A DNA stretch of 64,000 nt from Lama guanicoe (lineage: Eukaryota), in assembly GCA_013239625.1 (NCBI GenBank), contig MU053482.1, forward strand, positions 2,829,168 through 2,893,167, in the 5' to 3' direction. How positions within the stretch are numbered: position 1 is the first letter of the stretch; every line of letters starts with the position of its first letter. Positions 51,305 to 62,384 of the stretch are shown in pieces. A program made the position numbers and the translations under genes. Below the pieces are notes generated by a model that saw nothing but the letters and a program-made list of their open reading frames with translations, did no database searches and was not told the origin of the DNA.

Positions 51305-53052
51305 GTGCCAGATCAGCTCATCCACTGTGCTTCATGTGCTTTGCCTGGGCTCGTACACCTTCTAGGGCTGCCAGAGAGGAGGGTGTCTCTGCCAGATTGG
51401 AGAGACCCTGGAGGCTTGACTGGCTGGGTTATTTATTCTCTGGGAATCTGGGACTCTGGAAGACCCTCGCTTCTGGGGCTTAAGACAGGCCTTACATCTG
51501 TTTCAGAGCAGTCGGGTGGATGTGTTTGATGGGGGTGCCCTTAGTCATATCCTACAGTGTCAGGGACCCAGGATCAGATCTGGTGAGAACCTGGTTTCTT
51601 CCACATGTTCCAGATCTGAGAAACATGTGTACAGGCAGGTGCCTGCTTCCGGCCAGAGTTGCAGCCACTTTGGAGGGTAATGAGGAGCTAAGCAGTTTCC
51701 ATTTGGTCATTCAGGATCGGTGACATTCCTTAAATAATTTGTACTTGAAGTATTAGTTTTAGAAGTTCTTGAAACCTAGTTTCTTTTTGTTTTTCCCTTG
51801 GAGCTTTTAAAAAGGTCAGGTTTACTGTTTATGATACTCATGATCCCAGAGGAGAACTTTCAGTTTTTGGCCTTTGTAGCAGCAGGGAGGACAGAGTAGA
51901 ATGAAGACCCCAAAAAGCAAATCTGAGCTACCCTCTCCCACTTTCTAACTTGCTTCTCTGTTTGCTTTCTGTAAGACATCTTGTCAGGAGATGCAGCACT
52001 AAAAACTGTTTACCTGTAGCAGCAGCTGGTCAGTCACTTTATGCTTTGAGCTACACCCCCTGTTTGGGGACCATTTATGGGGTGAGCTGGGGTAGATTTT
52101 CCGTGGCTGCCATTCCACCCATAGAGCAACCAAAGATGTTCTTTTAATCTTTGTGTGGGGAAGAGAGAAAGAGGGAGGTTTCTTTGTCCTGTATGTTGCC
52201 AAAAATAACTTCAAAAATAAACTCATTAGGTTTTGAAAATTTTGATTCTTTTAAGGAAAAAATTATCTTCTAAATAGAAAATTAAATGCTTAGTATATTG
52301 CCTGGCATTTATGGGTCCCACATGTGTGCGTTTGTTGTACTGTGGTGCTAGCCAGGTGCTGGGACTACCATCCAGGTGCCTTTGGGCACTGATGTAAGCA
52401 CACCACCCACGGTGTGGGAAGGTTTGAGTCTCATGTGACTTCCAAAAGAGACATTCTAAGGGACATGTTGAGAGTTTATATATTGCCTTTGTGCAGAGAA
52501 TTCATGGGAGATATGCTATATATATTTCTCTGCAGTTTTGAGGGAGGTTAATTACAACACAGCAGAGATTAGATCGCATAGGGAACCAGATAACTCTAGA
52601 AATGTATTAAGATGTTTTTATTTCATGTTTATAGAATGAGTGATGTTTTGAATAAGAGACAGTTTTAGATAATTGAAACTAGTAGTTTTTAACCAGTGGT
52701 AAGTATCAGAATCACCTATAAAGCTTTAAAAAAAAATACACTTGTAGGGCCTATCATAAATGTACTGAATCATAGTAACTGTGGATAGGAGCATCCACAC
52801 CATCCAGGCATGAATGTTGTTGTTTAAAAAATTCTGGCTAATTATTTTATATACTGATTTAAGTAAATGGCAGAATGGTTTCAACCTTTTGAATGCAAGT
52901 ATTACGGCTACATACAGCTCTGCTCTAATAAGCTGAAATTACTGCACAAAAATTAACTACTTTTTCTTGGTGTATAAAGACCATTTGATGAATTTTACTA
53001 TTGTACATTATTTTTCTTTCAAGTTAGTTTTTGTAACTTGAAATGGACAGAA

Positions 53053-53071
53053 TTGCCCCCTCTAGTGGTCA
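53053..53071 (-). promoter_or_regulatory. Candidate CTCF binding site
   Basis: Reverse complement TGACCACTAGAGGGGGCAA closely fits the CTCF core consensus TGGCCACCAGGGGGCGCTA. Confidence 0.65.
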
Positions 53072-56002
53072 TTTTTAAGTGAGGCGAAGCTACCTCTTTC
53101 CCAAAGTCACAGGAGACTGGGCCTGATTCAGAGGAACATGTTGTCATATTGGCAGAGGGAGCTTTCTCTTTGCTCCCACTCCTCAGGGTAGGCCTTTCTG
53201 GGTAGAAAATAAAGGGACATCATCATGGAGTTGAGATGGAAACATTGAAGTCTGGCACTAATGAACTGAAACATAGTCTTGGGCCAAGGGTGTATGTTGG
53301 GGGTTTTTATTTAACCTCCTGTCCTTTCTTTAAACACTACCAAGTCATTCTTGGAACGTCTGGCATCTCATTGTTCTTCCAATGGATGGTCCTTTCTCCT
53401 TTCTCTGTCAGTGTCTTAAGTTTCCCTAGAAATAGTTTTTATAGTAAATTGTTCAAATACAAGAACTTGACTTGTAATTTTTTTTCATTAAAATTAAGAT
53501 GTGTTCTTTTGATGTATAATCCTGAAGGTTTTCTAGCTTCTCCTGCATGGGAACTCTCAGGTCTGTATTCCCAACAACTGGTGTGGCGTCTGGCACCCAG
53601 TAAGCACCAAGGAGTCTTTTCTGAACAAATAGATCTAAGCTCCACTCATAGAGCCCAGTGGAATGATAGTCTCTCTTCCACATGATAATACTTTTCATGT
53701 ATTTGAAGACAGGTTGGGACTGAGCCCTGGAGTGAAGTCTGGGTTTGATTCCCAGCTCTAAGACTTTGTTTCTGTGTAATTTTAGATAAGTTACTTCACT
53801 ACTTTCAGCCTTAAGTTCCTTATCTATAAATTAATCTGGTAGGGTGGTTGTGCTTAAAAGAAATAGGGCATGCAAAATGTTTAGCCTAATGTTGGGATTT
53901 GGTACTCACTCAGACTGTGTTGGTTTCTGTTCCTTTATCTCATTTGCAGATGGGGGAGATATGTAATATATAGAATGTCAAATAAGCATTCAAAAAAGAT
54001 GTTGACAGCCTGGAATGATGGCTTGAGACCAAGAAGATAATTTAAAATACCAACAAACAAGTACAGGATGCAGGAGACTTGACTTAATAGTAATTCATTT
54101 GAAAAGATTCAGGGTATTAACTTCCCTGTGATATGATTGCAGAACACCTCAGATACCCTCAGAGCCAGTGAGGTAATAGCCCCACCATAGTAATACGAGC
54201 TGATTTTGATTCAGCTCTTACGATGTGGTAGGCACTGTTCTAAGTACCTTAATGGATTATCTCTTTTAATGGACCAGCAAACCTTTGATGGTGGCTGTAG
54301 TTCCTATTCCTTTTTTATAAATGAAGAAACTGAGGTTCAGAGAGTTTCAAGTCTTTAGTCAGGCATCTTGTTGCAAACCAGAGAAGCCAACTTAGGTTAG
54401 CTGAAGCAATAAAAGAATTTCTTGGAAGGTTCTTTAGAAGTTTACCAATTCCTCAGAAAGGCAGGTGGCCTGGAACACAGGCAGGAACCAAGGGAGGCTG
54501 GGCAGCCTAGACAGGCCACAGGAAAAGTCCAGCGAGGATGCCACTGGTGCCAACATTGGCCTGTGGGTTGTTTGGTTGATGGTCAGTTGTCCCCATTGCT
54601 TCTGCCATCACTCAACTCTGGATGTTTCTGCCACCAGCAAGATAAATTCTCCACTGTCTCTGCTTCTTTATGTCAGTTGCTTCAGAGTCTAAGTTCTGGA
54701 AAGGGCATCTGCTTAGCCAAGTCCAGCTTGGGCTTCCTCCACACCCTGGCTGCCCAGGGGCAGAAGGATAGGGTCTGACCTGTGGCTTCTGTGGTGGGAG
54801 ATGGGCCCTATTTTCCATCCCATTGTGGCTGAGTCCCTAGACAAATGAAGGGGTTCAGTGCTGGGCAGCCTAACCTGCAAATGTCCATTCCTCTCCATAC
54901 TTTAACTACTGGGATGAAGAAACAGGGTCCTTCCAGTCTCGCTCACTGTTGTATCCTTTGTGCCTAGAAAGACACATGGATGGCATGTAATACACACATG
55001 CCGAGAGAGTGAATACACTGCACTGGTCAGCCCTCATTGGCAGTGTTGTGTTCCCTTGTGGATGTCAGCCTCCAAGACGTCTCAGAGGCAGCAGATTGGC
55101 CCTTTGTGGAACATGGGATATTGAATGGAAGAGTTCATCTTAGTTGAGAAAGAGCTTTCTAAGGATCAAGGCTGCCCAGAAATAAACTGGCCTGGCTTGT
55201 GAAGCAGTGAGTGGTCCATCACACAGAGTAGAACCACCCTGTAGGACGTTGCAGAGGGAATGCTTATAGAGCTAGGGGATTGGGGATGGAGGAGTTGGGG
55301 TGGTCAGACAGGGGCGCAGAGTCTGTTACATTACTTCTGCTGTTGTTGATTTTAGAAGAGCAAACTGTGTGACTTGTTCCCAAAATTCTGGCAGTCAGTT
55401 CTGTAGAGGTGCATTCTGTGCTGCGCTGGCATCTCACCACGTTGTCTATACTTTGGGTACGGGTTGGGCTGCATGTTAATTATTTACATACCTGCAGAGC
55501 TAGATTTTCTCAGACAGGTAGCCTGTTATTAAAGATAACATTTTGAAGTCACCCAGGCCTGGGCTGAAATCCACTGCTGCTTCTGCATCATACTTTTAAA
55601 CCCTTTGACTTCACCTGCAGGGATGGTCACACCTTGCAGAATTGTGGGGGATTAGCAGTAATAAAGGGAAAGAGCCAGACACACAGTACTTGGTCAGTAA
55701 ATGGTGTCTGTTTTTATTTTACCTTTTGTCAGCTCCTTCTTCCCTTGCCTTCATTACTTTGTTGGCTTTTTCCTTGGTAATAGGTTTTTACTAGATGAAA
55801 AATGTTTTAATATTGTAGCAGCCAGGCAAGTTTCAAAACTTGGCCTCACCCCCTGCCTGCCAGGTGAGTGACCTAGTCCAGGTCACTTAACCTTCAGCCT
55901 CACTTTCCCTGTCTCAAAACTGAATACTAATAGTACTTGAGTTTATTGTGAGCATTAGCTGAGAAAATACACTTAGCTCTTGGCCCATGAAGCCTTCCAC
56001 AT

Positions 56003-56040
56003 TATTTATTTATTTATTTATTTACTTACTTACTTATTTA
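56003..56040. repeat. (TTTA)n/(CTTA)n compound simple repeat
   Basis: Directly visible. Confidence 0.8.
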
Positions 56041-56247
56041 AAAAGGGTGAAACGGGGAGAGATTGGAGCAGCCCCCATGGTCACCTTGCCAGCTTTGTGA
56101 ATGTGGGCCTCTCTGGCTCCTGGTTTCCTTCTTGTAAAACGAGAGGTGGGTTAGGTGACCTCCAGGCTGTTCTGACGCGCCTCTGTCATCCACTGGGTCC
56201 AGTGTGGTGACTCGGGCGGGTTGGATCCTGAGCTCTCTGCATTGCAG

Positions 56248-56446
56248 GTTGCTGGAGGAAGAGTCTTCCAAGAGGGCTGAACTGGAGAAGTGGCACTTGG
56301 AGCAGCAACAGGCAATTCAGACAACGGAGGCGGAGAAGCAGGAGCTGGAGAACCAGCGTGTCCTTAAGGAGCGGGCCCTCCAGGAAGCCATGGAGCAGCT
56401 GCAGCAGTTGGAGCTGGAGCGGAAGCAAGCGCTTGAGCAGTACGAG
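56248..56446 (+). CDS. SWAP70: SWAP70 exon 10 (199 nt; [21 protein letters not shown]...QALEQYE)
   Basis: Acceptor ctgcattgcag, donor GAG|gtagtc; overlaps ORF 56204..56482. Confidence 0.96.
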
Positions 56447-56562
56447 GTAGTCAGGCCTCTTCCTGCAAACACGTGCCTTTAAACGCAGACATTTTCAAAC
56501 AACAGAGTATTTGCTTCACTGTAAGAAGCTGTGTAAGAATTTTGCTGATCTATAAGTAAGGA

Positions 56563-57059
56563 TGTTATTGAATCAAGCTTGGGTCTGCTTGCCCGTGCAC
56601 AGTAAAGCCAATCTACTGACCCCGGGTTGTGGTGAAGGAAAGTGCAGCGTTTACTGCAGGGCACCAAGCAAGGAGTTCAGGATGACTCAAGACACTGGAA
56701 CTCCCTGAGGGGTTTCAGCAAAGCATTTTTAAAGGCAGGGTGAGGGAGAGGCATCCGAGGGTGTGTGATCAGCTCGTGCACGATGCTCTGATTGGTTGAT
56801 GGTGAGGTAACAGGGCGGTGTGATGCGGTTAAGGGGTTAAGATGATCAATCCTTGGGCTCCAGTTGGTCTGGGGGCTACATGCTCATGATTGTCAAGTAG
56901 TGAATTTTGTCCATTTGGTGGGGGGTTTTAGCATCTGAAAAACAACTCAGGAAATATACATCAGGTACTGTTATCTTGGCACTTCAGAGAGGAGCTAAAG
57001 CGGAGGATATGGGGAAAGGGTCTGTCTGTGAAGGCCCCATAGCGTCCTGCTCAGTTACA
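56563..57059 (-). mobile_element. ERV1-type solo LTR (~500 bp)
   Basis: TG...CA termini (tgttattgaa...cagttaca) flanked by agga/agaa (4-bp TSD, 1 mismatch). Confidence 0.7.
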
Positions 57060-57082
57060 AGAAGTCTTTACAGGTGATGAGG

Positions 57083-57718
57083 CGTAACAGAGTCCAATCA
57101 GGAGACCGAAACCACACAGTAATTTGAACAGGGAAAGTTTAACATAAACAGCTATTAACTATAACAGGGGATTACCTGCTAAGCAGCAAAGAAAACTTGT
57201 AAGAATGCAGGAATGGCATGCCTAGGAAGCAGCCACTGCCTCGGGGGCTGAGGTGGAGCACCCCCAGAGCACCCAGGGAAGGAACACATCTGGAAGAGGG
57301 TCCCCCTTCCCCCTCGGGCCCCTTAAGCCCACTGCTGTGATCCAGCCCTTGGAGAGGGCATGGCCTTGGCCCACTGGACGGTACTAAAGCCCAGCGAGGT
57401 GCTGTCACTGGGAAGCTGCCCTCTGGGGCACTGGTGTAAGCTGCCCACAGGGGAGGTGCCACTAAAACCCAATGGGGTGAGTACCACGGGTGTCCCACGT
57501 GCTGCAGGAGCTGCCAGAAGAGTGCAGTGGAGCCTGGAAGCAGAGCCCCTGCCTCCTCCAGTGTCCTGCCAGCCCTTCCACTGACAAAGCTTAAGTGGTG
57601 GCAGCTGGCAAGGAAAAATTGTCCTGTCGTCACAGGCGGGACAATTGTCCTGTTGTCACAGGCAGGACAATGAAGGGCGGATTTGGAGCCAAGAGGCGGT
57701 AAAGCTGTAACTGACACA
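57083..57718. mobile_element. Ancient LTR (LTR78/79-like)
   Basis: agtccaatcaggagaccgaaaccacacagtaatttgaacagggaaagtttaa...ctgacaca. Confidence 0.55.
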
Positions 57719-57964
57719 CAAGGATCTTAAACATTCATCTGAAATTAGTGTGAATTAGGGCCTCCATGTGACCTCAGGCAGGTCACTCAGCGGCTCTGAG
57801 TCCTGGGTTCCACATCTGAGAAATGATGGTAAAATGGTTCCTGCTGCTTGTGGCTGTGAGGACTTAGTGAGATAATCCACAAGTGTATAGTAAGCCCCCC
57901 GTCATCACTACTTCTCTTAAACTACCCGTGCATTTGCACAGCCCCAGATCTGCTTTCGTTCCAG

Positions 57965-58061
57965 GGAGTTAAAAAGAAGCTGGAGATGGCAACCAGTAAG
58001 ACCAAGAGCTGGAAGGACAAAGTGGCCCAGCATGAAGGGTTAATTCGATTGATAGAACCAG
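57965..58061 (+). CDS. SWAP70: SWAP70 exon 11 (97 nt; [32 protein letters not shown])
   Basis: Acceptor tttcgttccag, donor CAG|gtaaca. Confidence 0.96.
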
Positions 58062-58384
58062 GTAACACACTCTTTCAAATAATCGGGTATTCAGTTTATT
58101 TTTGTTTTATTTGTGTACTTGAATTGTTTAAAAAAAAAAAAAAGGGGACTCCCTTAGCCCAAATACACAGAAACCCAGCTGTTTAGGGTAAATTTCTCTG
58201 CTAGATAAGAAGGCCTGGTTAATCCCTTTGTGTACATCTTCTGGTTGTTTCAGCTGGTCTGATCTTTATGGATGTTCCTCAGAGAAGAAATGAAGTAGAA
58301 AAGTTACTCTTTTGTCTTTGGAAAATGATAATGTTAATTGAAGAATATAATACTTCCCATGTTGGATATATGTTTATCTCTTAG

Positions 58385-58491
58385 GCTCAAAAAACGCTCA
58401 CCTGATCACTAACTGGGGCCCCGCAGCGTTCACCCAGGCAGAGCTGGAGGAGAGGGAGAAGAGCTGGAAGGGGAAGAAGGCCACGGAGTGA
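58385..58491 (+). CDS. SWAP70: SWAP70 exon 12 coding part ([35 protein letters not shown])
   Basis: Acceptor tatctcttag; TGA at 58489-58491; conserved [12 protein letters not shown]-terminal motif. Confidence 0.96.
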
Positions 58492-59560
58492 GCGGAGCCA
58501 TGTGGGTTCCGAGCGGAGCTGGAAAGCTTGATGCTAAAGACAAAAGGACCTGGCTTTGCTGCTTCTAACCCTCCTTCCTCCAGCGCCTCCTGTGGGGTCA
58601 GTATACTAAAGGAGCCTTCTTACTTACCTGCCTGCAAATAAGGGCTTACCCGAGAAAAAAAAGGTCGACATCCTCAGGCTTTATTCGCGCTTTCTTTGAA
58701 AGCTTCTGCTTCTAGAAGTTCCCTTTAGCTCTGAGTTTCTCGTCAGAAGGAGGCAGGGCCCAGACGACGCAGTGGTGCCCTCCATCTGTCGTGTGTGGCG
58801 GGGAGCGGGCGCTCAGCTCACCAGTGTCAGAACCTCTGCGGACTGGAGCCAGTTGGCCAGTTGTTTTCCTGGCAGTGAGTTTCCTCCTCTGAGTGCTTGT
58901 TTCTAAACTAGACGGGCCAGTCTGCTTGCCGTGGCCTGCGGCTGACGCGGAATGCCTCTGACCATTGCTGCTCTGCTGGAGAAGTCACTGCTCCCGCATG
59001 TGGACCTCGTTCTAAGTGGTCACAGTCCATGTATTTGGTTGTGCAGGTTTCTGTTTAATGCAGCCTGACCAACTGGCACCCTGGCTCCAGCGGCACTGTC
59101 TCAAGGAGGCAGAAGTCTTCTAAACAACGCATTGGTTGAGACAGATACTTATGAATCAAAGACAGCACAGAGATGAACTAAGTAAATCCCATTGGAATGA
59201 TATTTTGATACTGAATTCCTCTTCATATTTAAAATGGTTTCAACTGTCAGCGTGCTGACCGACAGACCCCTTGGTTTTACTTTTGTAGTTACTGTACAGA
59301 ACATTTCAGGAGTGTGTGAATGCTTGTCCTAATCAGGCCTTTTCCTTAATAAATACGGATATGATCATTTCTAGGAATTATCATGAAAAAAGTTTTAAAA
59401 TGTATTTTTGTGACGTGCTATGTTGAGAGGGAGCAAAATATTTATAATTTGCAAACATTCTTACCTAAATATTGTACACTGTAATTTGCTGAACTTTCTT
59501 AATTTTTTGCTAATTTTCTAAGATGTATTAAAAATATTTTGTATGGTTTTTGTTTGTTTT
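58492..59560 (+). other. SWAP70: SWAP70 3' UTR (minimum extent; may run further)
   Basis: Follows the stop codon. AATAAA at 59348-59353; TGTA+ATTAAA at 59524-59532 followed by a GT/T-rich tract. True end cannot be determined from sequence. Confidence 0.65.
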
Positions 59561-59651
59561 TTAGTAAAAGGAACTAAGTAAGAAAGTAAAGAATACCAGA
59601 AGAGCATACATTTTAAGCTGTCTGATTTAATAGAACAGCAGGGTAAGGCTC

Positions 59652-59697
59652 TGTGTGTGTGTGTGTGTGTGTGTCCGTGTGTGTGTGTGTGTGTGTG
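59652..59697. repeat. Interrupted (TG)n microsatellite
   Basis: Two TG runs separated by cc. Confidence 0.92.
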
Positions 59698-60149
59698 CAT
59701 ATTTCCATATGATGAGATGGACTTGGGTTTAGGGACACTTCCTGAAAACCTGGGTTTGTAGTTTGGACCCCCAAACCAATGCTATCACGAAGTTAGTTAT
59801 GGCCTCAGGCTTGGTGTTTGAGTCACTGATGTGGGAAACCACAGCAGACGTGTCAGCTCACAGACGGGAACTTAGAAGAATGACTTCTCCCTCATTGTTG
59901 CTGTTACCTCCAAATCCTCCTACCTCTTCTTCCCCGAATTTTCTTTTTATGCCTTTCAGTTTTTGTTTCAGTTTTGCCAGAGTAAACAGTGTGGTTTTTT
60001 GTTTTGGTTTTACACAGTTGTGGAGATTAAACCTATTGTGGACTGAGCAGGCCCACTCAGTCCAGCTTGATTGTGTCTTGGAAAGCTGAACTTTCCCTGC
60101 TAGAGGAGAGAACACACTGGTTGGTGTGCTTTAACTTCTTTCTCTACTG

Positions 60150-60397
60150 CAGTGGTTCTCAGCTGGGGACGGTTTTGCCAAGACATGATCAAGTTAGACT
60201 GAGTGGGCCCACTTCGTCTAGCAAATGTCTGGAGGAGTGATGTCTGGAGACATTTTTGGTTGTCACTACTGGGAGTGTTACTGACATATGGTGGGTAGAG
60301 CCCAGGGATGCTGCCAAACATCCCACGGTTCACAGGACAGTCCCCGTACAAAGAATTACCTGGCTAAATGTGAATAGTGCCCAGATTGAGAAAGCTT
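60150..60397 (+). mobile_element. MER20 hAT-Charlie MITE
   Basis: cagtggttctcagctgggg...atgtctggagacatttttggttgtcac...cagggatgctgccaaacatcc...gattgagaaa. Confidence 0.8.
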
Positions 60398-61149
60398 TCT
60401 ATGCAGAAAGGCAGGTTCTAGGTCTGGAACACAGCAGGCTCTTGGTGTCAGGGTTTCCTCGAGAAGAACCCCAGGATTTGACCTCTTTGGTGTAAATGGG
60501 ATGCATGTGGAAGGAGAGGGGTCATGTGCTCTGTGAGCTGACAGACAGCAGAGGGCAGGAGCCTTGGCCCCGACCCCACACCCCACTGTGAGGGGCATTG
60601 TGCTTCAGAAGCTCTGTAAATGCCTTTCCAATGTAGGTGTGAAAGGAATTGCTTTGGATATGCTTTAAAGTCTTCCTGGGATGCAAGTTGCTGAAGTGTG
60701 AAATGTAAAGCTGTCATGACCTTGATTTCTTCCCATGAGTCTTGAGCACGGGGAGTGAGCGGCTGTCAGAACCATCCCACAGCTGGTGAGGCACGAGTGT
60801 TCAGATTTACGGCCCCGCTGGGGGTGTACCTCGCAGAGCACTGGTGCCTGTTCCACTTGGCAAAGCCTCCCTTATGCCTTCAGGGTTGTGCCAGCGAGGC
60901 ACAGCTGCCTGAGTGGAGCAGGGATCAGGTGACGTCCAGCCACGGGGAAGCAGGGAAGAGTGCAGTCTGGCTTTTACCAGTTCATAGTAGGGGCTTAACA
61001 TTTATTGAAAGAGTCAGTCTTGGGAATACTTCAGTGTCTTTCTGTTTCTTTCCTCTCACTAACCCTCTACTTCCTTCTTTATATTTATATTCATCCTGAG
61101 ACTTGTAAAAGTTCACCCCTCAGCTTTAGGAAGCTATATGGTGATACCT

Positions 61150-61625
61150 ACTCATGCTAAAGACAACACCCACACAGCAGATCCCCCCAGGGGAAGGGAT
61201 GCACGTGTCCACCAGAAGACCCTGCAACAAGGTCCACAGCAGCTTCGTTCAGGATGACCCAAACCGGCAACAACCCAAGTGCCCGTCAGCAGAGAGTAAA
61301 TCGATGAATGTGGTGTATTCAGACCAAGGATACTTTAATAAAAAGTAGCATCACTGAGAAATGCAGCAGCATGGATGGATCTCACAGACATTATGTTGAG
61401 CAAAGAAGCCAAACACAGAGAGCATACTGTGTGATTCCACTTATATTAATTTCCAGAACCAGCAAAGCTGATCTGTGGATTTCGAAGTCAGAATTGTGGT
61501 TACCTAGGGGTGGGAAGGGTGGTTATTGACTGGAAACAAGTGAACCTTCTGGGATGCTGGAAATGGGTAGTGGTTACAAAAGTAAAATATGCCAACTTTA
61601 TGCTCAAGATTTGTACAGTTTGCTG
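61150..61625 (+). mobile_element. Old L1 (L1ME-type) 3' end
   Basis: caacccaagtgccc..cagcagagag...atggatggatctcacagacattatgttgagcaaagaagcca. Confidence 0.65.
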
Positions 61626-62384
61626 TTTGTAACTAGCGCCTCTAGAATGCTGCAGCAGCTAGTCCCCAGGGGTCAGCTGGTCCAAAGGCTGCACTTTGCA
61701 GAGAAGAACCTGGAAGGGCACGAGCCACATCCACCCAGTAACACCTTACCCTCTTCTCAGACGTGATTCATTACACCACCTGCCTCCTCCTGAGTCCTTT
61801 AAATGCATTTGACATCAATCGTTTTTATCTCAGTGTGTTTCTATCTCCCTCACTCAGAGGGCGAAGCAGGTCGCATGTCCCCACTTCACCCCTCTGTGGA
61901 AGGATGGCCTGACCCCCCTGGTCCTGTGCTCAGCTTCCGTTGACCTTTCTGAGGTTGCTGAGTCTTTGGCCTTGGGTAGTGGGTGAATCTGTTGTGGACA
62001 CTACATTCCATCCAGGGCTAGCCTCAGATTCCTTTTCTATCCCTACCACACGGACACAGCACACTGACTCTCAGGGCTGTGCACCCACAGGAATGAAGGT
62101 TTTCCACCCTGTTTATGTCCACCTCCTCAACAGCTGTCCTCAGGGCCCAGCTGAGGGCCAGTGGGACATGAGGCATGGGGAGAGGGAGGCTTTGTCTAGC
62201 AACCCCCATTCCGTTCAGCCCTGAGCCCAGTAGCCTGCCGTCCTCCCCATCTGAACGCTCATTTCCTGTCCCGTGTTGCCCTGCCTCTGCTTTGACCAGC
62301 AGCCTATGGTGGTCTCTTGATTACAGTGGGTTTTGGTGTGCTCCGCTGTGGCCTCATCCTGTCTAGGGCTCTGCTTCCTGGGCT

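Noticed and set aside
57172..57717. 181-aa minus-strand ORF
   Set aside because: Lies wholly within a GC-rich LTR relic; no domain features
58581..58600. Second CTCF-like motif in the 3' UTR
   Set aside because: Several mismatches in the core; too weak to call
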